A DNA stretch of 55,204 nt, counting the filler, from Candidatus Omnitrophota bacterium (GTDB taxonomy: Bacteria > Omnitrophota > Gorgyraeia > Zapsychrales > JBDRMG01), in assembly GCA_043812495.1 (NCBI GenBank). It is 5 parts of 4 records of this genome, joined end to end, with 100 filler letters (N's around TTAATTAATTAA, not from the genome) between each part and the next. Parts side by side here need not be neighbours in the genome. Positions count along the whole stretch, not along the records: positions 1 to 20,917 come from JBDRMG010000056.1; positions 21,018 to 47,027 come from JBDRMG010000058.1; 3 more parts are not named here. The stretch is one strand, 5' to 3'. Position numbers and translations under genes: made by a program. Below, piece after piece: positions 18,163-29,637 of the stretch (positions are counted from its first letter, which is position 1; each line of letters begins with the position of its first letter). Under the pieces are notes generated by a model. The model ran no database searches and was not told where the DNA came from. It saw nothing but the letters and a program-made list of their open reading frames with translations.

Positions 18163-20522
18163 TGTTACCACATGCCAAAATCAGACGGTTGATATCGTCT
18201 TATATCGATAGAGAAACAACTCAAGAACAAAACACATTGATCGACAATCATGTGGCGAAATGTCCGTCATGCCAAAAATATCTGGAAGATCTCCGAAAGA
18301 TGTCTTCGTCTCTTATGGAATGGCGCGATGAAGATATCTCTCCTGATTTGGATGTCAAAATCCAACGCAGCCTTGAGCGATACAAATCAAGGGAGGGATC
18401 AGAAATGAAAGTCAAATCTTACGTGATTCCGCGCACAGCGGAACTAGCGGTTGTTTTTTCACTTATCATCATGTCACTTTTGACAATCCAAGTTTATATG
18501 AAGCGAGGAGTTCAAGGAAGATTAAGAAGCGCAACTGATGATATAGGCGCTCAATTTTCTCCAGGCAGCACAAGCCAGCTATCAAAAAGCATACAGTACG
18601 AGCCTTATTATCTTAACAGGGGAGCCGTTGATGAAAAGCAGAGCGCTTCTGCAAGCGGCACCTTTCTCCCTAAATCAAATTATAAGGAATTGGATAGCGT
18701 GGGCTTAGCAGGATATTCTGGATCAAAGACTGAGTCAAGACGTGACAAAGGTATGGTTATGGCAAAGGCTGGTCCGGCTGCGGCTGGTTATGATGGTCGT
18801 TTTAAAGGAGCAGGCATATCAACAAAATCATCGGCAACGGGCAATCTGCTCCAGCAGGAAAAATTAGCTCGAGGATTCGAAGTCTATTCTGGAGATATAT
18901 CTTCAAAAGAACCATGGCGCTACGATGGGAAATCCTATGGCGGTTTAGCAACTACGGATCATCTTGGTCGGTATGTTGATCAAAAAGTAGACAACCGATA
19001 TTGGTACGGCGATAACGAGGAAATTTCAACTTGGCAGGAAGAACCATACTATGACGATTACTATTACCGCGACCTGCCGCGCGTAGCTTACAGCACGGAA
19101 ACCTATGATCCTATCTATGAAAACTATTTTCAAAGGGTCTATGATGTTCCGCTCTCTACGTTTTCTGTAGATGTAGACACAAGTTCCTATGCCAATATCC
19201 GTCGATTCCTGAATAACAATCAGCTTCCGCCTGCGGATGCGGTGCGCGCGGAAGAGATGATCAATTATTTTACGTATGATTATCCCCAGCCGATGTGGGG
19301 CAAGCCCTTCTCGGTAACAACCGAAATCGGGACATGTCCTTGGAATTCCCAGCATTATCTCGTGCTAATAGGTTTACAGGGAAAACAATTGGCGCAACGC
19401 GAAATGCCTCCGAGCAACATCGTTTTTCTGATTGATGTCTCCGGATCAATGAGTGACCATAACAAATTGCCGCTTTTAAAATCCGGTTTCAAGATGATGA
19501 CAGAACAATTGAGGCCGCAGGACCGTGTTTCCATCGTCACCTATTCGAACCAAGCAAGAGTCGTGCTTCCTTCAACACCCGGAACCTATAAGGAAAGAAT
19601 CATCATCGCGATTGACAGTTTGCGGGCAGGCGGGGGAACATCAGGCGCGGCAGGTATCCAACTGGCTTATCAAGTCGCTCAGCAGAATTTTATTTCGCGC
19701 GGAAATAACCGTGTGATTTTAGCGACAGACGGCGATTTTAATATCGGCATTAGCAGTGATGAGGAATTGGTCAATTTTATCGAATCCAAAAGAAACCGGG
19801 GCGTTTTTCTGACCGTTCTTGGTTTCGGCACCGGAAATCTAAAAGACAGCAAAATGGAAAAACTGGCTGATAAGGGTAACGGAAATTATGCCTATATCGA
19901 CAATTTCCAGGAAGCCAGAAAGGTTCTTGTCAATGAATTGGGTTCGAATCTATTCACCATTGCCAAAGACGTAAAGATTCAGGTTGAATTCAATCCATCC
20001 AAGGTCGCCGGATACAGGCTGATCGGATACGAGAACCGCACGATGGCCGCTCAGGACTTCAATGACGATACAAAAGATGCCGGTGAGATCGGCACAGGCC
20101 ATTCAGTCACAGCGCTTTATGAAATTGTACCGGCACAAACGATTGATCCTTTGAGATATCAAGGCCTGCAGTTTGACCGAAACAAAGGATTAATGTATGT
20201 GAAGCTAAGATACAAAGATCCCAAAGGAACAGAAAGCAAATTATTAACGAGAGAAGTTAGCGAACGGGATATTCGCACCGATCGTGTTTCGGATAATCTT
20301 AAACTTGCCTCAAGCGTTGCCGAGTTTGGAATGCTTCTTCGTAATTCCCCTTATAAGGGTCAAGCGTCCTATGACCAGGTGATCCGAAAAGCGCGCGAAT
20401 CATTGGGAAAGGATACCCAAGGTTACCGCTCAGAATTTATTATGCTTGTTGAAAGAGCAAAAATGATTGATCACAGACAGCCCGAACCGATTTATCCCGA
20501 CACCAGAATGCCACGTCCGTAA
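18159..20522 (+). CDS. Zinc anti-sigma (HxxxCxxC) - TM/pilin-like segment - YfbK-type VWA/DUF3520 fusion protein
   Basis: HVAKCPSC ZAS motif; TM AVVFSLIIMSLLTI; PLSTFSVDVDTSSYANIRRFL, LIDVSGSM (MIDAS), ILATDGDFNIG, YRLIGYENR, DAGEIGTGHSVTALYE; ATGA overlap with the sigma gene. Confidence 0.9.
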   Translation: MMLPHAKIRRLISSYIDRETTQEQNTLIDNHVAKCPSCQKYLEDLRKMSSSLMEWRDEDISPDLDVKIQRSLERYKSREGSEMKVKSYVIPRTAELAVVFSLIIMSLLTIQVYMKRGVQGRLRSATDDIGAQFSPGSTSQLSKSIQYEPYYLNRGAVDEKQSASASGTFLPKSNYKELDSVGLAGYSGSKTESRRDKGMVMAKAGPAAAGYDGRFKGAGISTKSSATGNLLQQEKLARGFEVYSGDISSKEPWRYDGKSYGGLATTDHLGRYVDQKVDNRYWYGDNEEISTWQEEPYYDDYYYRDLPRVAYSTETYDPIYENYFQRVYDVPLSTFSVDVDTSSYANIRRFLNNNQLPPADAVRAEEMINYFTYDYPQPMWGKPFSVTTEIGTCPWNSQHYLVLIGLQGKQLAQREMPPSNIVFLIDVSGSMSDHNKLPLLKSGFKMMTEQLRPQDRVSIVTYSNQARVVLPSTPGTYKERIIIAIDSLRAGGGTSGAAGIQLAYQVAQQNFISRGNNRVILATDGDFNIGISSDEELVNFIESKRNRGVFLTVLGFGTGNLKDSKMEKLADKGNGNYAYIDNFQEARKVLVNELGSNLFTIAKDVKIQVEFNPSKVAGYRLIGYENRTMAAQDFNDDTKDAGEIGTGHSVTALYEIVPAQTIDPLRYQGLQFDRNKGLMYVKLRYKDPKGTESKLLTREVSERDIRTDRVSDNLKLASSVAEFGMLLRNSPYKGQASYDQVIRKARESLGKDTQGYRSEFIMLVERAKMIDHRQPEPIYPDTRMPRP

Positions 20523-20636
20523 GGGCGAGGTATCGCCTTGGGCGTAAATGGCATTCCGGGTCGGGACTCCGACCTCCGAAGGAGCGTCGGAGCTATTGAG
20601 AAGATGCTACGGTTGTTAGGCCGTAGAGCTTCGCTA
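20496..20636 (+). repeat. Palindromic repeat family B, copy 1 (overlaps 3' end of the VWA gene)
   Basis: CCCGACACCAGAATGCCACGTCCGTAAGGGCG...CTCCGACCTCCGAAGGAGCGTCGGAGCTATTGAGAAGATGCTACGG; inverted copy at 23279-23407. Confidence 0.85.
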
Positions 20637-20779
20637 CGAACGATAACTGTCTGGCCACGACACAGGGCACGCCTCTGTCCGCCTTAGGCGAGATCTCGCC
20701 GATGCAGAGCATCGGCGGACGAAGCCAATCGGAGATTGCCTTCGCTACGGCGGAGCAGGGGCGAAGCAGGGGCGAAGCA

Positions 20780-20828
20780 GGGCACGCCGATGTTATTTTC
20801 TACCGCATTTCGGCGTGCCCGTTTTTTT
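20780..20828 (+). terminator. Putative intrinsic terminator
   Basis: GGGCACGCCGA/TCGGCGTGCCC stem followed by GTTTTTTT. Confidence 0.55.
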
Positions 20829-20917
20829 AATGAGGTCTGCGCTTATGAATGACGCGAAGCGGAAGAACATAAGTGCATGACCGAATTAACCCCGCCCGCC
20901 ATTGATTCAGTGGCGGG
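20827..20917 (+). repeat. Family A element copy, cut by contig end
   Basis: TTAATGAGGTCTGC...AACATAAGTGCATGACCGAATTAACCCCGCCCGCC matches the reverse complement of about 13040-13130. Confidence 0.8.
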
Positions 20918-21017
20918 NNNNNNNNNNNNNNNNNNNNNNNNNNNNNNNNNNNNNNNNNNNNTTAATTAATTAANNNNNNNNNNNNNNNNNNNNNNNNNNN
21001 NNNNNNNNNNNNNNNNN
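20918..21017. other. Artificial contig linker
   Basis: 100 nt of N with central TTAATTAATTAA (stop in all six frames). Confidence 0.98.
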
Positions 21018-21057
21018 TGTGTTTCTTCTTTTTAGTGTTAGAATGCTTTAGCTCCAT
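21018..21057 (-). CDS. 5' fragment of an unknown gene, cut by contig edge
   Basis: CAGGAGG RBS followed by ATG GAG CTA AAG CAT... open to the linker. Confidence 0.4.
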
Positions 21058-21235
21058 ATGACCTCCTGTTTTTTGTTTGTTTCCACTTACAAATTAACAG
21101 TTTTTTTGGTCTTTGGAGCTTTTTTCTTATTTTGTCTCACTTAATGTTACAATCTTTCCCATAAAAAGGGAACCATAAAAGCACTTGTACTTTTTTTGTA
21201 AATCCTTTATAGTAAGTACGATTTACCCGATCGTT

Positions 21236-21313
21236 TTATTGGTCTTTTCCTTACCAATAGCTAAACAGCTAATACGTTTTCTATACGAGAAAAAAGACCT
21301 AATATCGACTTCC
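21236..21313 (+). repeat. 78-bp repeat family D, copy 2
   Basis: Same length and conserved arms as 15868-15945. Confidence 0.75.
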
Positions 21314-21357
21314 TTATTAACATTGATATAGAAAACGTCGATAACTCCAATACCATC

Positions 21358-23244
21358 ATGCGCGATATTCACAATTTTTTTATTCCTGTCATGGGAACCG
21401 GTTTTACCCTTGACACTCCCATCAAGGTTGCCAAATACGGCATTTCTTCGGTTATCTCCCTTGTGGATGACACCTTGATCGAGCGAGCCCGCCAATTCTA
21501 TTGCCGCAAAATTGGCGAGGAATATATAGCCATAACCAAGAATGACGAAGATTGCCGGGCGAAGCGTATTACGGCTTACCTGGATCTAGTCAATAAAATC
21601 GTTAAGGATCAATTCACTCATTTGAAGGCTTCGGCATTTGAAGCGGGAAGTGAAATAGCGAAATATTTTGAACTCCTGCCGGAAGAATCTCACCTCAAGT
21701 CGCTCTATCAGAAAATGCTTGCGGCCAAAGACGGGGTCGTAAAGACAACGCTTCAGGACGAATTACGCGCAAAAATGCGCATGGGACGTATTGATGTGAA
21801 TATCATGACCAAGCTCAACCGTCTCTATTACTCAAAAGATAAAAAAGAATTGCCCCTCGAATTCGCTGATGCCATGGCCGCTCTGCGGGGATATGCCCAA
21901 AGCACATGCGAATCGGCGATTGTTTTTTCGGCGGGATTCAATCGTCATCTTTATAGTTATGTTGAGAATTTTAATGATTTTTCTGCTGATGCCAAAGGGT
22001 ACATCAAAAAGAAAATCATCCTCAAAGTCAGCGATTACCGTTCGGCCTTAACGCAAGGCAAGTTTTTCGCTAAAAAAGGCCTCTGGGTTTCAGAGTATCG
22101 CATCGAATCAGGACTCAATTGCGGAGGGCATGTCTTTCCTTCGGCCGGAGAGCTCATGGGACCCATTTTAGAAGAGTTCAAGACAAAGAAGCAAGAGCTC
22201 TTATCCGGCCTTCATGCGATGTATAACAGCTCGCGTCGTCTTAAAAAAATGCCTTTGGCCCCCAATCCCCCCGAAACGCAAATAACCTTTCAGGGAGGCA
22301 TTGGAACATACAAAGAGCATGATTTCATTTCTCGATTTTACCATATGGACCAGATCGGTTGGGCAACGCCTTTCCTTCTATGCCCAGAAACAACCAATGT
22401 GGATGAAGTCACCCTGAAGAAACTTTTGGAAGCCAAAGAAGAAGATCTTTATACCAGCGATGTTTCTCCTATCGGCGCACCTTTTAACAATTTACGCGGG
22501 TCTTTAAGCGAACGCGAAAAAGAACAAAGAATAAAGCAAAATAATCCAGGCAGCCCATGTCCTAAAAGCCACCTGACTTTTAATAGTGAATTTACGCGCC
22601 TTCCCTTGTGTGTGGCCTCTCATCAATATCAAAAGTTGAGAATCAAGAATCTTGAAAATCAGAGACTCACACGTCAACAATTCGAGAGATCAATCAAGGA
22701 AACTCTCCAGAAATCATGCCTTTGTCATGATCTGGGCGGATCTTTTCTTCTGAAAAACAATCTTTTAGAACCCGGCCAAAAGGCATTTCCGGCCATTTGC
22801 CCGGGTCCGAACCTGGCGTATTTCTCAAGGATCTCTTCTCTCAGAGAACTCGCGGATCATATCTACGGCCGCAATAACATCCTTGAATCCATTGATCGGC
22901 CGCATGTTTTCTTAAAAGAGATCGAAGTGAACATTGATTTTCTTGAAAAGGAAATTAAAAAGTGTCTTCCCTGGCCGGACTTAAAGGATATCGGCTATTT
23001 TCTTCAATTTTGGAGAAATCTTCTGGATGGAATACATTATTATCAAAAACTGTTAAGCGAAGTATCGGAAGGTTCGAAAGAATGTCGAAAGGGTCTTGAT
23101 CTAGCTCTCAAAGTGTTAAAGGATAGATTGGATGAGATCATTTCACAAGCCAATCTCACAGTTAAGCTTAATATCCGGCAAAAGCTTCAGGCACTCAGAG
23201 ATAACATCAAGGAAAAAGTTGATAAAAAATCGCGCGGATCATAG
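21358..23244 (+). CDS. Conserved hypothetical protein, probable FMN TIM barrel (NMO/FabK-like) with Cys-rich Fe-S region
   Basis: IPVMGTG, ESGLNCGGH, FQGGIG, GWATPFLL, SPIGAPF, KSCLCHDL, CPGPNL. Confidence 0.6.
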   Translation: MRDIHNFFIPVMGTGFTLDTPIKVAKYGISSVISLVDDTLIERARQFYCRKIGEEYIAITKNDEDCRAKRITAYLDLVNKIVKDQFTHLKASAFEAGSEIAKYFELLPEESHLKSLYQKMLAAKDGVVKTTLQDELRAKMRMGRIDVNIMTKLNRLYYSKDKKELPLEFADAMAALRGYAQSTCESAIVFSAGFNRHLYSYVENFNDFSADAKGYIKKKIILKVSDYRSALTQGKFFAKKGLWVSEYRIESGLNCGGHVFPSAGELMGPILEEFKTKKQELLSGLHAMYNSSRRLKKMPLAPNPPETQITFQGGIGTYKEHDFISRFYHMDQIGWATPFLLCPETTNVDEVTLKKLLEAKEEDLYTSDVSPIGAPFNNLRGSLSEREKEQRIKQNNPGSPCPKSHLTFNSEFTRLPLCVASHQYQKLRIKNLENQRLTRQQFERSIKETLQKSCLCHDLGGSFLLKNNLLEPGQKAFPAICPGPNLAYFSRISSLRELADHIYGRNNILESIDRPHVFLKEIEVNIDFLEKEIKKCLPWPDLKDIGYFLQFWRNLLDGIHYYQKLLSEVSEGSKECRKGLDLALKVLKDRLDEIISQANLTVKLNIRQKLQALRDNIKEKVDKKSRGS

Positions 23245-23278
23245 AGAACCGCGCGCACAAGTTGGATTAGCCTTCTCT

Positions 23279-25168
<1,890 letters not shown>

Positions 25169-25264
25169 TCAGCCGTAGGTTCGCAGGAAAACTCACTTTT
25201 GTGTGTCTGGTTTATTTACCATAAGTTATGAAATATTTTTAGTCGTATATAAATCCAAATTTAG

Positions 25265-25705
25265 TCATGGTTGTTCATCGGCTATTATATTTTCAAAATT
25301 CAGTTTTTCAATTTCATGACTAATTTTTCCACCCCATAAATCCTTTCTCATTTCAATGGCCAGTTTCTTATAATTTTCATGAGAAGGTTTATTCAAAAAA
25401 ACATGAGATTTAAGCAGAACTTCATCCGAAGCATAAAGAATCATATTATTCCATTCGGTTTTTAATTCTAAAAATAGTTTTTCTTTCGTTTTCAGATCAG
25501 GCCTATGAATTATCAGAAGATCCGATGAATCTTTGTATTCAAGGAAACCATACATTAGAAGAATAATAGATTTATATCGTGTTTCTTTATACTCCTGCTT
25601 TTGTAAGGAAATAGTTTTATTGCGTTCCCAAAGGCTATTGAAAAATGCGCCTATAATGCTACCTATGCCGAGTAAACCTAATATTGGAATAATCTGATCA
25701 TCCAT
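25265..25705 (-). CDS. Hypothetical protein with N-terminal TM helix (AT-rich)
   Basis: 146-aa ORF; ILGLLGIGSIIGAFF; LYASDEVL...MRKDL. Confidence 0.7.
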   Translation of the reverse strand: MDDQIIPILGLLGIGSIIGAFFNSLWERNKTISLQKQEYKETRYKSIILLMYGFLEYKDSSDLLIIHRPDLKTKEKLFLELKTEWNNMILYASDEVLLKSHVFLNKPSHENYKKLAIEMRKDLWGGKISHEIEKLNFENIIADEQP

Positions 25706-25733
25706 AGTTTAGTATTCTTCTTTTTTATGAATG

Positions 25734-26711
25734 TTAACAAATCAAATTCATAATCACTTTCACCATTATATCTTTTTCTTTTGGGTTGCTTGCGGCAATC
25801 ATAAGGGTTAAGGCAACGAGTGCATTGTCATCAATGTTTCGGCTACCGTCTTTACGATATAAGATCCCGTTTCGTTCCAAGAAGCAAATAAACAATGCAG
25901 CAGCTATTCGTTTATTGCCATCAACAAAGCTGTGATTCTTGGTAACAAAATATAATAAGTGAGCAGCCTTTTCTTCAATTGTTGGATACGCGTTCTTGCC
26001 ACCAGCGCTTTGATAAATTGCAGCGAGAGAACTTTTAAAACCTTGGTCTTTTTCTCGGCCAACAATGTTAGAATCCTTGAATTCTCTCTTCATAATTTCA
26101 ATAATAGTCCTAGCTTCTTGGTAGGTCATCTTGTATTTATCGCTTTTTTGGCCTTTTGGTTGCTTTAATCTTTCGCGGTCAAAATCATCCAGAATATCAA
26201 GCGCGCGGGTATATTCTGAAATCACCTGAGCTAACCCTTTTGCCTCTGGTGAAAGATTTTCCATCTTAACAACATTTCCAATCAGATTTACAGCATTTTT
26301 GAGCTCTAGATACTTTTGCTCCTGTATTTTAAGGCGTTTTTCATTGATTGTATACCCTTCAATAATGTGCTGTTTTAATACATTTGTAGCCCATATGCGA
26401 AATAGAGTGCCTTGTTTGGATTTAATACGATATCCAACGGATATAATGACATCCAAATTATAATATGTAGTTTTATACTTTTTTCCGTCGCTGGCAGTTG
26501 TCAAGTATTCCTTGACAACTGAGTTCTTGAGTAATTCCCCTTCTTTGAATATATTATTGATGTGTAAGCTGATGTTTTGCTTTGTTTTCTGAAATAATAA
26601 AACCATCTGGGCTTGGGTAAGCCAAACAGTTTCCTCCCGCAATTGAACTTCAAGCCCTTTTTTGTATAAAACTATTTTCCCGCCTTCAATATTTTGTAAC
26701 TTTTTACTCAT
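25734..26711 (-). CDS. RhuM/Fic-DOC family protein
   Basis: ETVWLTQAQM..LF, YNLDVIISVGYRIKS (RhuM-like) plus YPTIEEKAAHLLYFVTKNHSFVDGNKR (Fic/Doc motif). Confidence 0.92.
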   Translation of the reverse strand: MSKKLQNIEGGKIVLYKKGLEVQLREETVWLTQAQMVLLFQKTKQNISLHINNIFKEGELLKNSVVKEYLTTASDGKKYKTTYYNLDVIISVGYRIKSKQGTLFRIWATNVLKQHIIEGYTINEKRLKIQEQKYLELKNAVNLIGNVVKMENLSPEAKGLAQVISEYTRALDILDDFDRERLKQPKGQKSDKYKMTYQEARTIIEIMKREFKDSNIVGREKDQGFKSSLAAIYQSAGGKNAYPTIEEKAAHLLYFVTKNHSFVDGNKRIAAALFICFLERNGILYRKDGSRNIDDNALVALTLMIAASNPKEKDIMVKVIMNLIC

Positions 26712-26948
26712 TATCTTCTTCCTTCATTTCATCATTGTAAATGATTCGCATTATTTTCAGTATCATCGTGCGGAACTTGGCCATACGGTCAGCCGTTAGT
26801 CCTGATTCAAACGCATTTCATTATAAGCTGCCCTAAAGGTCTGTCAAGAAATTCCTCATGGGTAATATATATATTTACATTTATATCTTATTATTTTAGA
26901 ATTGGATAGTTTACTTCTATTCGTAGACACCACTAAAGGAGCCTTTCA

Positions 26949-27596
26949 ATGATTAAAATTTCGAATCTTACCATTAAGCAAATGTTGATCGGTCCTATGG
27001 AGAATTTTATTTATTTTGTCGGAGACAAGTCCTCCAAGCAAGTCGCGGTGATTGATCCGTCATGGGATGTCGATGAAATCTGTGCCCAAGCCAAAAACGA
27101 AAATCTTGAGATTGCGGCCATTATTTTAACCCATGACCATATGGATCATACCAACGGTGTCAGCGAACTTCTCAAGCAACATGATGTTCCCGTTTACGTG
27201 AATGAAAATGAGAAAAGCCTCAAGGGTTTCAGCAAAAATATCAAATTCGTGAAAGATCAGCAAAAAATCGACATCGGAGGAGTCGAATGTACCTTCTTGC
27301 ATACGCCCGGGCATACACCCGGAGGTCATTGCATTCTCGTAGATGGCTTTCTTTTTACCGGCGATACTCTTTTTATTAACGCATGCGGCCGCTGTGATCT
27401 TTTCGGAGGAGATGCCAAAGCCATGTACAACACGTTGTACCGTAAAATCATGCTGCTTTCGGATGCTACCATCATTTATCCGGGTCATCACTACGGCTCA
27501 AAAACATCGGATACGCTCGCCAATCAAAAAAAGACCAACCCTTATCTGACCTGCAAAAGCGAGCATGAATTTCTCACCAAACGGATGGGACTTTAA
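26949..27596 (+). CDS. MBL-fold metallo-hydrolase (glyoxalase II-like)
   Basis: THDHMDH, HTPGHTPG, FTGDTLF, YPGH. Confidence 0.9.
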   Translation: MIKISNLTIKQMLIGPMENFIYFVGDKSSKQVAVIDPSWDVDEICAQAKNENLEIAAIILTHDHMDHTNGVSELLKQHDVPVYVNENEKSLKGFSKNIKFVKDQQKIDIGGVECTFLHTPGHTPGGHCILVDGFLFTGDTLFINACGRCDLFGGDAKAMYNTLYRKIMLLSDATIIYPGHHYGSKTSDTLANQKKTNPYLTCKSEHEFLTKRMGL

Positions 27597-28486
27597 CTAC
27601 AGGTCTTCTCATCAGTTTTTCTGCACTTTTCAAATCCGGAAAATATAACTTTATTTGTTATGTGGCTTGTGAATCTAAAGGGTAGGATTCTTCTAGCGAG
27701 AAATCGTATCCCGCTCATTTGATCAGGAATATAGCGTAGATAAGGGTTTTCTTTGTCGATGATTCTCTCAATGAGCCGAGCGACATCTTCAGGATCTTTG
27801 GCGCGATGACTACTTGTATCCATGATACGTTTCTTTAAGAATTGAGAGTGCGCAAAGTAAGGGCTTTGAGGATCATCAAATTTATTTGCGTATCGGGCAT
27901 TGGCATAAAATATTTCCGTTTTATATAGACCCGGTTCAATCAAGACCACAGGAATGCCGAATTCCTTGAGCTCGTAATAAAGGCTTTCTGAAAACCCTTC
28001 CAGGGCCCATTTGCTTGCGTTATACGCGCTAAAAGCCGGGCTTGACATCAATCCGGAAATACTCGAGATATTAATAATCATCCCTTTTCTTTTGGCGCGC
28101 ATCAAAGGGAGCACTTCGCGCGTGACATTCAAGACGCCGAAGAAATTGGTTTCCATCTGCTCTCTAATTTCCTCATCGGATAAATCTTCAAAATAACCAC
28201 CGATTCCAAAACCCGCATTATTGATCAGCACATCAATGGACTCGTTGTCAGTTTTTATTTTGTTGATCGCTTCCGCGATTGTATTCTTCTTTGTGACATC
28301 CAGCGCAAGCAAAGAAATTTGACCGCCTCTTTTTTCAACCTCATCCAGAAGGGCTTGTTTTTTCTCCAAGTTGCGCATCGTCGCATAAACGCGGTGCCCT
28401 TGCGCGGATAGCCGGGCCGCACTCAAAAGCCCGAAGCCGCTTGAGCATCCTGTAATCAAAATAACCTTTTTATTCTTTGGATTCAT
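27593..28486 (-). CDS. Short-chain dehydrogenase/reductase
   Basis: TGCSSGFG, NNAG, YNASK. Confidence 0.92.
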   Translation of the reverse strand: MNPKNKKVILITGCSSGFGLLSAARLSAQGHRVYATMRNLEKKQALLDEVEKRGGQISLLALDVTKKNTIAEAINKIKTDNESIDVLINNAGFGIGGYFEDLSDEEIREQMETNFFGVLNVTREVLPLMRAKRKGMIINISSISGLMSSPAFSAYNASKWALEGFSESLYYELKEFGIPVVLIEPGLYKTEIFYANARYANKFDDPQSPYFAHSQFLKKRIMDTSSHRAKDPEDVARLIERIIDKENPYLRYIPDQMSGIRFLARRILPFRFTSHITNKVIFSGFEKCRKTDEKTCS

Positions 28487-28516
28487 AAAAATGGGAATGG
28501 AAGGTCGTCAGGGATG

Positions 28517-29587
28517 TTACAACTTACTGATGCCTGTTTGTTTCATCAGGCAATCAACAAGTGTTATGGCTATCATGGCTTCTACGACGGGGACGGCACG
28601 CGGCACAACGCAAGGATCATGGCGGCCTTCAATTTCAAGGGTTACGGTCTTTTTCGATGTTGTGATGGATTTTTGTGATTGCCCTATAGAAGGAGTCGGT
28701 TTAAGAGCCGCCCGAAGGATAATGTCTTCACCTGTCGAAATACCTCCGGCTATCCCGCCATTAAAGTTTGATACAGTGCCGATATGTCCTTTTTTGACGC
28801 AGTAAGAATCATTAACCTGAGACCCTTTCATCTTGGCAATCTCAAATCCATGGCCGAACTCAACACCCTTAACGATCCCGATCGACATCACGGCATGGGC
28901 CAAACAGGCATCAAGCTTATCAAACACTGGATCGCCAAGACCAGCCGGACAATTTTTGACAAGGGCCTCAATCACCCCGCCTAAAGAATCTTTTTCTTTT
29001 TGCGCATCAGTGATTCTTTTGATCATCTTTTTGGCTTGATCAATATCCGGACATCGTACGATATTCGATTCAATCTTTCTAAGATCAATATTTCTGGCGA
29101 CAATGCCTCCGATGGACAGCGTATAGGCGATCACATTGATATTCTTTCTAGCTAAAATTTTCTTGGCGATAGCACCGGCCGCGACACGACTGACGGTTTC
29201 CCGTCCCGATGCCCGCCCTCCGCCCCGCCAATCACGGATGCCATACTTAGCCAAGTAAGTAAAATCAGCGTGACCCGGGCGTAAAAAGTCTTTCAGCTTA
29301 GTGTAGTCCTTAGACTTTTGATCACTGTTACGTATCAGTAATGCGACAGGCGCACCCGTTGTTTTACCATTGAAAACGCCGGATAGAATTTCGACCTTGT
29401 CGCCCTCCCTCCGTGGCGACGTAACTTTACTCTGCCCGGGTCGACGCCTATCAAGTTCCTTTTGGATATCTTTTTCACAAAGCTCTAACCGTGGCGGTAC
29501 CCCATCGACGACCGCTCCAAGGGCGGGCCCGTGGCTCTCGCCAAAGGTTGTCACTTTGAATATTTTTCCGAAACTATTTCCTGACAT
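28517..29587 (-). CDS. aroC: Chorismate synthase
   Basis: TTFGESHG, RRRPGQS, RPGHAD, GGGRASGRET, GRHDPCVVPRA. Confidence 0.97.
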   Translation of the reverse strand: MSGNSFGKIFKVTTFGESHGPALGAVVDGVPPRLELCEKDIQKELDRRRPGQSKVTSPRREGDKVEILSGVFNGKTTGAPVALLIRNSDQKSKDYTKLKDFLRPGHADFTYLAKYGIRDWRGGGRASGRETVSRVAAGAIAKKILARKNINVIAYTLSIGGIVARNIDLRKIESNIVRCPDIDQAKKMIKRITDAQKEKDSLGGVIEALVKNCPAGLGDPVFDKLDACLAHAVMSIGIVKGVEFGHGFEIAKMKGSQVNDSYCVKKGHIGTVSNFNGGIAGGISTGEDIILRAALKPTPSIGQSQKSITTSKKTVTLEIEGRHDPCVVPRAVPVVEAMIAITLVDCLMKQTGISKL

Positions 29588-29637
29588 CTCTATTCACCGC
29601 CTTAAATTGAAGCCTTATATTATCATATTTCTACCAA

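Noticed and set aside
20918..21017. TTAATTAATTAA motif inside N runs, four times in the window
   Set aside because: Synthetic six-frame-stop contig linker; ORF ends at 49978 and 52822 in the track are artefacts, and no synteny is inferred across linkers
26766..26806. GCGGAACTTGGCCATACGGTCAGCCGTTAGTC resembles half of an integron attC-like site next to cassette-like genes
   Set aside because: No complementary half, imperfect GTTRRRY core, no second site and no integrase in the window
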